Origin: Azolla caroliniana
Taxonomy: Eukaryota; Plantae; Polypodiophyta
Assembly: GCA_043228905.1 (NCBI GenBank)
Contig: JBHGNT010000009.1
Span: forward strand, 14,756,001-14,820,000
DNA: 64,000 nt
Reading direction: 5' to 3'
The position numbers and the translations under genes are program-made. The first letter of the stretch is position 1. The number at the start of each line of letters is the position of its first letter. Under the pieces are notes generated by a model. The model had not been told where the DNA came from and did no database searches. It saw only the letters and a list, made by a program, of their open reading frames with translations. Below, piece by piece: positions 47,101 through 58,365 of this stretch.

Positions 47101-49165
47101 CTTGTGTAATTTGGTAACTAAGTGAGTAGTATATTGTGCATGATTAGTACTACTTGTGTATGTTGTGCATGATTAGTACTAATCGTGTAAATTGGGAACT
47201 AAGTGAGCAGTACAGTGTTCCTTATTAGTACTAGTTCAATAATTTAGGAACTATGTGAGTAGTACATTGTTCATGACTGGTACATTGTGTAAAATGGGAA
47301 GCAGCTCTTGTGACCTACATTATATATTTTAGATGATGGTACTAACATTCAAGGTTTTTTTGTTTCTTGCAATGAATGTTGTAGTGTCAAGCAACTCCAC
47401 GCCAGGGAAGGTAATGGAACAACCAGCCCCTGTGCCTAAACCCTCAATATCTGCTGCACATTCCAAGGTTCAGGGACCATCATTACCAATAACCTATGAT
47501 TTTTATGATGAGGATGAATGTATGAGAAGGGCCATTGGAGCAGTGGAACATATGCTTCTACAAACAAATTCCCCAAGCTCCGGTCAACATCAAGAAATAG
47601 AGCCCACTAAGAAGAGAAATGCAGTTTCTTTACAAATAGAGCCCAGTAAGAAGAGAAATGCTGCAAGAATGTTGTATGGAAACGGCAAGAAAGGCAAAGT
47701 TGAATGCAATGGTGAGTCATATAAGTTCTCACCTGTCTGGAGCATTGTCAACCTAATCCATTGTCTAATACCATGTACTTGTGTTACTAGCTGATGATGA
47801 AATGATATTTGGTGACGGAGATACGAGTCCAAAACCTGATCATGAAGACGAATTTATCACACTCCCAGGTACACGTCAAAAGCCAGACTTTGAAAACAAT
47901 GATTTAGCTCATAACAACCCTATTCTTGTTGTTATTATAGATCATAACAACACTGTTGAGCACCTAGATGTTGTGGAGAAGATGACCGAGCCCACCACTT
48001 GCAATGGGGTATCTACGGCTGTACAGTATGACGATGTAACATTAGGTAAAAATGTGGCCCTAAACCCTATGTTCATTGTTTGCAAACTTTTGAGTATGTG
48101 AGTTCATACCAATATTCTTTGGAATCCCATTAATTAGGTTTACAAGAGCAGTTTGATTCCCAACTGCAATCAAATGAATCGGGAACTTCATGGAGCACAA
48201 GTGCAGAATCAGATTCCCATCAGAGTCAGAATCAAATTAACCTTTGCAAGGAGGCAGACTCTAGAAGCACATCTTCCACACATGAGGATTGTGAGAAAAA
48301 CGAAGCATTCATATGTGAAGAGCAGCTGGCATGTACAAACAACACTATGTCTAAAGAAGCCTATGAGTGTGGAAAGAATATGGCAAGTACTGAAGAGAAG
48401 ATTGAAGCCCATGAAGAGTGTGGAAAGAATATGGCAAGTACTGAAGAGAAGACTGATTGTACTGATAATGTGGCAAGTGCTGAAGAGAAGACTGATTGTA
48501 CTGATAATGTGCTAGTACTATCTAAAGATTCCCATGAGGATCATGGAAAGAACATTGCTAGTAATGAAGAGGAGCTTGATTGTACTGAGAATGTGCTAGT
48601 AGTGTCTTGTGAAGCCCATGAGGATCGTGGAAAGAACATCGCTTTCCCTGAAGATAAGCCTGATTGTACAGAATCCCATGAGGAGTGTAGAGTGAACAAC
48701 GTTACTAATGAAGGTGGGCCTGATTGTACTCAGAGCGAACAACGTTGTCTTAAGAATGAGGTGACATCCATCGTACAAGAGGAGTTGACCATGACTACTG
48801 CCACGGTCCACATACAGGAGTCTAATAAGAACGAGTGTATAGGCATCGGTGATGATGATAGGGCAATAAAGATCGCTAGGAGTACAAGCATTCAGGAGAT
48901 GAGTGATAATTTGTCTATCGACAGCACCTTTGTGGATTTGTGTACAAGCATTGCAGTTGCAGAAAACATAGTTGCTCTCTCAAGCTTGCCACCAGTACAA
49001 GGTGCCCGCGCATCCACGCCTGTCTCTGATGCCTCTGATGATGAAGTGCCACTTAGTCAGCTCATACCTAAAGGCTTTAAGATAAAGAAGAATGTAAAAT
49101 CAGAAAAATCTGGCACCAACAACAAGCGCATTACAAGATCGGCCAAGTTACCCTCTAGTGCCTGA
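44195..49165 (+). CDS. Transposon accessory gene, 5 exons (44195-45213, 45304-45488, 47385-47711, 47791-48045, 48138-49165), about 937 aa: basic N-terminus, coiled-coil-like segment, RING-H2 finger, acidic C-terminus
   Basis: All four GT-AG introns join in frame without stops. RING-H2: CIFC-x15-CLHTYHVLC-x10-CMDC. The start codon is uncertain. Confidence 0.8.
45850..47290. repeat. 52-bp minisatellite with a 104-bp higher-order core (six near-perfect dimers, 46367-46990) in intron 2 of the RING gene
   Basis: GGGATTAGTACT-like starts at 46367, 46471, 46575, 46679, 46783, 46887 and 46991, with degenerate monomers on both sides. Confidence 0.92.
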
Positions 49166-50279
49166 TTGTCTTTCGATTGTACTTGAACTTTAGTTGTTAG
49201 TGATGTCTGAAATTGAACTATTTGGATACCAAAATACTGTTTCAATTGCCAATGTAAAAAATCCAGTTCATGAATCTGAAATAGTTATACCAGTGTGAAA
49301 TCAAGTTCATGTTTAAGGATTGCTTCTATATTTTGCTCATCAACATATATCAAAAACAATGGGAATATACTTTTTGATCTAAGTATTCTTATTTTACAAC
49401 GTTTTGTTTCTTTTTTGAGATCATCTCCTAATCCTCGCAAAGTCTTTCAGTCTATTGTAGATAAAATGCTTGAAAGTCTTCTTAGCTTGCTAGGAAAATT
49501 TAGGTTTTTAGGTGTTGATGATGAGAAACAGAAAATATCGGGTATCGGGTGTTATTGAAGATATCCTGAAGTATAGACTGTTTCATCAATCCCATTTGGA
49601 CGGTAACCAGAATGTGTGCAAATTGTTGAAGCAATGTGGGCCATATTTTGATGATATCATCCCAAAGGATGAATCATCCACTAACAGTAGTAAGGAAACA
49701 CTTACCTTTTTGAGCTATCACAAATTATTGTTTCAGAAGTTGGATTATTTTGTTAAGGAAAGGAAGGTTTGTACTTTAAAATCCATAGCCTGGATATTCA
49801 GGACTTATATACAAGAAGTAAAAACTCAGATGGCTTCACAGGACATATCATGAAACAAAAAAGGATTCTGAGAGAATAATTTTCATTGTTGTCTTCACAG
49901 AATTCATCGCCCCCTTTGAAAAATGAACTTACAGTAGAAAATCTTACAATATTAAAGTCTTTAATGAATTCAACTAACAATCTTCTCTTGGTAGCAAAAG
50001 AAGAGCAGATTTATGTGCCAACAGAGGACACACCAACTCTACAAAACTCCTATGCTCAAATAACATCAGGAAACATGAGCAATATCGGCAATGAAGAAAT
50101 CCAAGTCCTGTTGATAACAACTAATATATTATGAAAGATAAGTACAAGTGGTTGAGAGGCATAAACCCTTTGGAAGAAAGACGAAATATATCAATTCATT
50201 TGTCAATCATCAAAATTAATAGTGAACTCCAAGTGGATGTTTTTCAGTTTTCTAGTACAATGTATTGATAGGGTGACTT

Positions 50280-53200
50280 TCAAGCATTAAATAGAGAGAC
50301 CTCCCCTAATATGTGCTCATGAACCTCTTGGGGGACCTTGTAGACAGTGTTGTATCCCTTAACCTTGTGCTTTGCTTGAGTCATATTGAATTTGATCGCA
50401 AGAATGGCATCAGCGTAGATTATTGCGATGGGTGCTTCTTTTAGTAATGCATATGTGTTCTTGCACTGCGGCAACTTTGCATAATAGTTTCCATACACGA
50501 CAGACTCACCAACGTTGAAATTGTTGCCCCAACCATCCCTCACCACTTCTTTCAATAATGTCTTTCCTTGCTTGCACACCACAATGTAGTAGTCTTCTAA
50601 ATCTTCATTCTGAGAATATTTGAGCACTGCAAAATGATCTCCAACTTCCAATAAAACTGCCAAGTCTTGATTTTGGTTGTAGTATACAATATCGTTTGAA
50701 TGCACATCCTCTTCAATATCATCTTGTAGTTCAGGCTCAAGCTTCTGCAGCTTCCAGGGCTCCACGATTGATAGGTTGATGCATTTATCCCAAGCTTCAT
50801 CTAGACACATGGAACAAAAGCATGATAAACTACGGAGTAACAATTGGGTTGTGTCCTTGCGGCTAAACCCTAACACACAATGGGTGCTGCGTGTCCCTTT
50901 CACGGTTTTACAACCATATGATTTAGTTCTATCGACCTCATCAGCGCGAACTTCAACAAACAATCTGTTCTTACCATCATTTGACATCTTCCATGTTAGC
51001 CACTGCACAACATCATGTGCATTTTGTAACTTAGCGCCATTATTATCCAACTGCTCACTTGTAAGGGCACGTTTGATCACAGCCCCCGCGCCATCATGCT
51101 CTCCTTTTCCATGTCCAGACCCGAAGTAATTCCATTGCATACGAATATTGAATAAGGAGAAATACCTGCTTTGGTGAGTACAAGATGAGTACAATACTAT
51201 GAGTACAACATGAGTAAATACTGATTTAGTACAATTCTCTTAAGGACGGACAATACTATGAGTACAAGATGAGTACTTTATATCCTCCTGTAAACACAAC
51301 ATAGTACAGATACAACACACAACATAGTACAATGTGTCTATGGAGAACCCTTCACATGGATTAAAACATAATTAGTACAATTCTCTTAAGGACGGACAAT
51401 ACTATAAGTACAATATGAGTACTTTACATCCTTTTGTAAACACAACATAGTACAAAACCAACACACAACATAGTACAATGTGTCTATGGAGAACCCTTCA
51501 CATGGATTAATCGATACTTAGTACAATTCTCTTAAGGACGGACAATACTATGAGTACAAGATGAGTACTTTATATCCTCCTGTAAACACAACATAGTACA
51601 GAACCAACACACAACATAGTACAATGTGTCTATGGAGAACCCTTCACATGGATTAAAACATAATTAGTACAATTCTCTTAAGGACGGACAATACTATAAG
51701 TACAAGATGAGTACTTTACATCCTTTTGTAAACACAACATAGTACAAAACCAACACACAACATAGTACAATGTGTCTATGGAGAACCCTTCACATGGATT
51801 AAAACATAATTAGTACAATTCTCTTAAGGACGGACAATACTATAAGTACAAGATGAGTACTTTACATCCTTTTGTAAACACAACATAGTACAAAACCAAC
51901 ACACAACATAGTACAATGTGTCTATGGAGAACCCTTCACATGGATTAAAACATAATTAGTACAATTCTCTTAAGGACGGACAATACTATAAGTACAAGAT
52001 GAGTACTTTACATCCTTTTGTAAACACAACATAGTACAGAACCAACACACAACATAGTACAATGTGTATATGGAGAACCCTTCACATGGATTAAAACATA
52101 ATTAGTACAATTCTCTTAAGGACGGACAATACTATAAGTACAATATGAGTACTTTACATCCTTTTGTAAACACAACATAGTACAATGTGTCTATGGAGAA
52201 CCCTTCACATGGATTAATCGATACTTAGTACAATTCTCTTAAGGACGGACAATACTATGAGTACAAGATGAGTACTTTACATCCTTTTGTAAACACAACA
52301 TAGTACAGAACCAACACACAACATAGTACAATGTGTCTATGGAGAACACTTCACATGGATTAAAAGTTACTTAGTACAACATAATACAAACAAAATTAGT
52401 ATGCATGCATCCATTCACAAGTGCAATATTCGAATAGTTAGAAACATAATTAGTATGCATCGATGTGACTAGTACTGTTTGTTAATAGTTACAAACATAA
52501 TTAGTATGCATCCACTAACACAAGATTTACTTCCTTACACATTGCATGATAAGTATTAAACATATGGATTAAAAATTACCTGGCGATAAAGTAGAACGAT
52601 CGTGCCGCCTTAAACTGCGAGGCAGCACCATCAGACCAAACCCAATGACGGTTAAAGGTTAACCCTAGAGAAAATAAATCTGCATGGTGAAGCTTAAAAC
52701 AATGTTGAACAAATAGTGTATCATGCTTTTTATCATCTGAAATGTAAAATATTGATTTCTTATGTAACTCACCGTCTTGCCTCCAATAGCAAATATGTAC
52801 AAGTATTGTACATTGATCATTGTACCAATGCATTGATTGAACCTCATTTTGAACTTTAAATGTATAGTTTTCTGCAAAATCAATAACGGATACAATGACA
52901 CCCGTTGGTAAGTTATTAATACATTCCTTGAACTGTGAATTTTGCCAATAACTCCGGAAGTTATGTGGAATAAACTCCCCAAGTTGTTTCTTAAATTCTG
53001 AGACAAGGGTAGCAGCACATGTCTCCTTATATACTTCCTTGATACGCTTAGTTACAACTCCCTTGCCAATATTTTCAGTCACATACTCCAAATATTTCCA
53101 TTTCAAGATATGACTATTTCCCATATCAAGCTCCTGCCTACAAAATAATGGTAGCGGACAAACCTTACATGTTCTTAATAGACATGTACGACGATGCCAC

Positions 53201-54227
53201 TCACACGATGGTTCTTTTTCACAAACACAAGACCTCCATAGCTCAGAAACGGATGCATAAGTCATGTTTCGTGCATTACACCTATTATCCTCCCCATTTG
53301 GTCTACAAATCTCACAAGTGCAGACACATAATTCCCCATGTATACCCTTAGAATCAGTACGCATTGCATTCACAGAAACCCTTAACATGTCCATCTTCAC
53401 ATGGTACACACAACAACATGTATTCCTCTCATTTAATTTTCTAACATAAAATGGTTTCAAACCTTGGAACTTGCGGAATCCGACAGTCAAGCTTGGATGT
53501 TGGTCTTTAAAGTTCATGTACAATTCAGCCTACATCAACCAATATATATAGCAAACATTAATATACACTTGGTCAAAACACAAAGTTATGGAATGTGAAT
53601 TGATATAAAAAAATGGAATACCTCTGTCATCTCCAAGAAGTGTCTAGGGTGAATCTGGTACTTACCCTGACTTATTCGTTGTCTACACACGTCCTTCTTA
53701 TTTGGTGAGACACGCGTATTTTTGGCCCAAAATGAATCCACTTTCTCAATAATCTCTTGAGATAAGGCATCACATCGTCGTCTACGTCTCGACCCCAGCC
53801 ACTTGAATTTGCTTGAGTGTATATTTCGGCGATGTTTCCTCAAGTTCCTTCTTTGAATACCCAGGGCTAAGGCAACTTTAGTATCACTATATTTTTTTTC
53901 TCTCACACCATTCACAACCATGTGTAGGGCTGCCCTCTTTGCAGCAAGTTTGTCTAAGCTCTCTACACCTTTCACTAAGTCTAGGGATGACTTCATAGAC
54001 TCCACAATCTCTTCTGAAACACATTGGTCCCTAAATTTTATTCTCTCCATGTCTTCATTCAAACTTTGATGGTGTAACACTCTACAAATAATATCCCTAC
54101 GATCCTCTTCACTAAATCTCTTCGTTATTTCTACCAAATAACGAACTATGTGAAGAACCACTCGTCTCTTAGTCCTTTCAGATATGCATGAGTTACTTGA
54201 CAACTCACTCTCGTTAGGAACCCCCAT
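50280..54227 (-). CDS. Sola2-like DDD transposase, 3 exons (54227-53622, 53529-52580, 51165-50280), about 813 aa
   Basis: GT-AG introns 53530-53621 and 51166-52579 join in frame (EMTE|AELY and FIAR|YFSL). Motifs VIDFAENY, WSDGAASQFK, FGSGHGKGEHDGAG, with Cys-rich segments TCCCVYH and LSCFCSMC. Confidence 0.85.
51228..52377. repeat. 146-bp tandem repeat, 8 copies, in transposase intron 2
   Basis: TAAGGACGGACA at 51241, 51387, 51533, 51679, 51825, 51971, 52117 and 52240 (the last interval is 23 bp shorter). Confidence 0.95.
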
Positions 54228-54282
54228 TCGGTCACTAGATTTATCCACAAAAATTAAGTGTCTTGCGAAAGTGGTTAATGTT

Positions 54283-54870
54283 ATATAGACTCAACCAAGA
54301 AAACACAATCAAATGTTTTTAAATGTGGCCTGCAAAGTGAGAAATATTTTGTTTCAAACATTAGAATTACATATCAAATATGGCAAATGTCAATTCTAAA
54401 AATTTAGTACTGAAATATGAAGAAATGAAACATTTTAGTACTGAAAATGAAAAAAATGGATGGAAGGAACCTCCAATGGTGGAGGGAGCGTGGATATATA
54501 GACTCAACCAAGAAAACACAATCAAATGTTTTTAAATGTGGCCTGCAAAGTGAGAAATATTTTGTTTCAAACATTAGAATTACATATCAAATATGGCAAA
54601 TGTCAATTCTAAAAATTTAGTACTGAAATATGAAGAAATGAAACATTTTAGTACTGAAAATAAAAAAAAGGATGGAAGGAACCTCCAATGGTGGAGGGAG
54701 CGTTGGATATGCCGCCTCGATTTGGTGGAAGGAACCTCCAATGGTGGAGGGAGCGTGGATATGCAGCCTCGATTTGGTGGAAGGAACCTCCAATGGTGGA
54801 GGGAGCGTTGGATATGCCGCCTCGATTTGGTGGAAGGAACCTCCAATGCCGCCTCGATTTGGTGGAAAAA
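54283..54870. repeat. About 213-bp duplication plus 52/53-bp GC-rich tandem repeats upstream of the transposase
   Basis: ATATAGACTCAACCAAG... occurs twice. GGAAGGAACCTCCAATG starts at about 54674, 54727, 54779 and 54832. Confidence 0.85.
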
Positions 54871-55507
54871 GCCCCAAATCACCATGACATCAACTGCAAT
54901 CGGTGGAAGTACGAAAGTCGTTGTCAAAGAAGTGACTATTGGCTGCTACCTAAACCCTCAGAACAGTCTCTGTACCTCAACCGAAACCTAACAAAAACAG
55001 AAACCCTAAAAAAATCAGAAATCCTCAACTCAAACTCTCCAACCAGACATGGATGTCTGAGATTTAGATTGAAGGAAAATCAGAAACGTGACATGGATGT
55101 CTGTGATGAAAAGCTCAGAGAGATAGAGGAAGAACAGTATGAGGGGAATCGCCAAAACGACGTGAGGGGAAGCGCCAAAATCGACGTGAGGGGAAAATAG
55201 CCCCCAAAATGGAAGAACATCTCCTCACGTGTTCCCCCCACTCCTTCTACAGTAAATGACACTTGTACTACAGTCACCCCACTCTCCAAAATCGATTTTC
55301 TTTTTCTCTAATTTTTTTTCTGAATTATTCAGTACTAACAGTATTGAAAGTACTGACAATTTTTGTGGCCAAAAACAGTACTTTTTTGGTACCCCGTAGC
55401 GTGCTTCGACCCTTATAGCAATATATTGGTCATTTTTACCTCAACACATCAACTTTCATAATAGGAAATTAAAGCTTCGTAATCAAATTATGAATGTTGT
55501 GTAACAA

Positions 55508-56140
55508 TGTTGAGAAACAAGCTCAACAAAAACAAATGTATTTTACTGTCGGTAACTGTGATCTTTCACAATAGCTATTAGGTGAATTAGTTACCATAAT
55601 AATGATGTTGGATAATATAGGTAAAATAGTTGTGAACAACTATTTAGATATTAATAACAAAATAGTTGAATATGTAAGCCACTAACAAATTTTAGGTAAA
55701 AAAGTGAGAGAGAGAGACTGACAAAAAGAGAGAGAAATATATACAAGGAGTATTCTACTAATGAAAAAAAAAAGGGTTTTTGGCCTGCTACACAAGTGAG
55801 TCTTCTCTCCCCCATTCCTTCTCTCTTGAACTCTAAACAATCATGTCCATCACATGCCTGCTGGTGCGCAAAGAATAGTTGTATCGCTTTCTTAACATGG
55901 TATCAAAGCGTAGTTGCTGTTAGAGAAGAATATTATAGAATTGAGAAACATCGTAGAATTGAGAATATTACTCTGTTTGCTGGTTTGAATCAGAGTTGTT
56001 TGTTGAGCTTAGTGACAACTAAAGTCTTAAAATTAAAATAGAGATGGCCACTAAAAATGGAAGCCAAATAGTTAGAGAAAAACTTGATAAAAACAATTTC
56101 CCTACATGGAAATTTAGAATAACAAATTTCCTGATGGGAA
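55508..56140 (+). mobile_element. Decayed copia 5' LTR (55508-55897), PBS-Met and gag N-terminal remnant
   Basis: TGTTGAGAAACAAGCTCAAC...TAACA, TGGTATCAAAGC, EKLDKNNFPTWKFRI. Confidence 0.72.
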
Positions 56141-57955
56141 GCCCTCCTTGCACAATCGTGGCTTTGTGGGGCCCAGATCAAGGAAGACTAGCTGAATAAT
56201 CAGCTCATGATCCACTGCAATGGCCATAAGATATCAACACGACCGCATCCCCTAGACCGCCGTAGGCAGTCACTCTAGTGTGCGGCAAAATTGTCAACAT
56301 GCTTGACGACATGATGGAAGAGGAAGTCGATGCGTATCAAGAGGAAAATCCCGATTTTGTACCATTGTTCGCCTTGGATGCTGAATTGTTACCATCTCCT
56401 TTGCCAAAAGCATTAGCCGAGCTCGACTAGGCCTCCACATACCTGGAACGTGACCTCACACTATCACAAAGGGTTCAAGCAACCAAGCTTGAGGAGCTAA
56501 ACCTAGGAATGCATGGCGCACCCCGTGCAGTCCTAATAACAAAGCATCTTCTTGATTCCTTTCGAACGCTACTGGAGTGCCTACTACGGTTGTACAAGGA
56601 TGTTTTCGCATGGTCACACACTGACATGCCAGGGCTTGACCCGCAGTTTTATTACCACAAAATTATTTTGAAAGGCGATGCAAAGCCCGTCCAGCAACGT
56701 TGATATTAAATGAACCCTAATTCATAGTTCTAGCCATACGTCCCATTCGTGTCATACTCAAACGCCAATATTTGTATCATACTCATACGTGAAAAGGCTC
56801 CTAGTATGATTGAAATCCATACGCGGTACATAGATATATACATATGGTGTACATAGTGTGTGTGTGTGTGTGTATGTGTCTGTGAGAGAGAGAGAGAGAG
56901 TGTGTGTGTGGTCTAGAGAGAGAAGCCTTGTTTTGCATGTGTGATGAGATAGTGGTTGAGTGTATGTCTAGACTCTATAGAGAGAGAGAGAGGAGCTATG
57001 GGTTTTGTCTGTGTGAGGGAGTGTGTAATATGTATATTAGATATCTAGATTTTGTAATGAGAGAAGATCTGTCAATTCTCGTGAGAGAGAGAGAGAGAGA
57101 GAGTGTGTGTGTGTGTGTCAGACATCACTTCTATTCACAAAGAATTATGAATATCAAAAATTAAAAAAACCCAAAAAAAGAAGAAGCCAAACGAATATCA
57201 CGTATCATACGCGTACATTTGCAAACGTTCGTGTACGTCCAGTAAATTGGACGTATGCAAATATTAGGAACTATGCCCTAATTACGCCGAAAAGGTCAAG
57301 GAAGAAATAAACAAACTTCTCGATGCGGGTTCATTCGTCCGTTTAAGGTGGCCACTTGGCTCAACCCAATCATGGTCGTCCCAAAGAAGAATGGGAAAAT
57401 CTGAGTCCGCGTCGATTATAGGAAACTGAACGCAAATACAATCACCGATGCTTTCCCGCTACCTAGGGTCTTCCGCTCCCTAGCCGATTTTGCAAGCCCT
57501 CTCCATGCAACCATCTATCGTATGCCCTCAAAATACTCCTTTCCCATGCCCTTATAGTGCAACCACCACATTGGGAAGACCCGTTCCATGTATTTGTGGA
57601 TGCCTCAAATATTGCAATCAGAAGCGTGTAGATTTAGTTTTCTGAACCTCGTTGGTTCTAATCAATACTCTACACAAGCCGATGTCTTTCCTCAGTCGAA
57701 CGCAACTACTCAACAACGGAACGTGAAGCCATGGGTCTTATTTTTAGCGTAACCAAGTTCTAGCACTACTTGCCTAGGCCAAGATTCACATGGACCACAC
57801 CATGTTTCTCTATATCGCGGCTAAGAGCTCATTGACCGGTAAAATGGCTCGATGGGCGCTATTGCTTCAGGAATTCGAGTTTGACGTCATTAACCGACGT
57901 GGCGCACAACATGCCATTGCAGATTACCTCTCTCGGCTCGAATCAGGCGACGGGG
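56140..57955 (+). pseudogene. Highly decayed Gypsy PR/RT/RH related to element A
   Basis: YKDVFAWSHTDMPGLDPQFY, MNPNYAEKVKEEINKLL, VDYRKLN, LTGKMARWALLLQEFEF, AIADYLSRLESG. Confidence 0.85.
56723..57275. mobile_element. hAT-type MITE (553 bp)
   Basis: 8-bp TSD CCCTAATT at 56715-56722 and 57276-57283. Termini CATAGTTC...GAACTATG. Excision restores MNPNY. Confidence 0.85.
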
Positions 57956-58365
57956 TATGGAATAGTGCTCGACCCCAACTGAGACTCAAACACTTGATGA
58001 AAGAACAAAAAAGAAATGGAGGTTCGTACACTTACACAGAAGAGACGACACAATATGTTTACATCGAAAACCCTTAAAGGGAAAAAACCACGGGAGCCCA
58101 CAGACTCCAACAATCACTATATGAGAAAGGAGGTACAATAGGAGACTCAGAGACAACAACCTCGAGCTCTGTATCTTCGCCTACCGGTGGCTTCTCTTCT
58201 CTCTCTCTCTTTCTTTACAACTATATAACCTTTTGAAGTGATTGCCCTAACTCATATTTATACTTATATGACTTTAAGACCATTTACAAATATAGCCTTT
58301 ACAGGCACACCAGAAAAATATTTGCCCAGTTCACACCAGATCCATCCGGATATCTTCTGGTCCGG

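Larger units (their letters stand above)
42672..55412. mobile_element. 12.7-kb TIR DNA transposon, Sola2-like, with two genes
   Basis: TIRs GGGTCGAAGCAYGCTACGGKGTACCAA at 42672-42698 and 55386-55412 (25/27 identical). TSD TTAT at 42668-42671 and 55413-55416. DDD transposase inside. Confidence 0.9.

Noticed and set aside
45850-52377. Tandem arrays as CRISPR-like arrays
   Set aside because: Units are contiguous with no unique spacers, there are no cas-like genes, and the context is eukaryotic introns.
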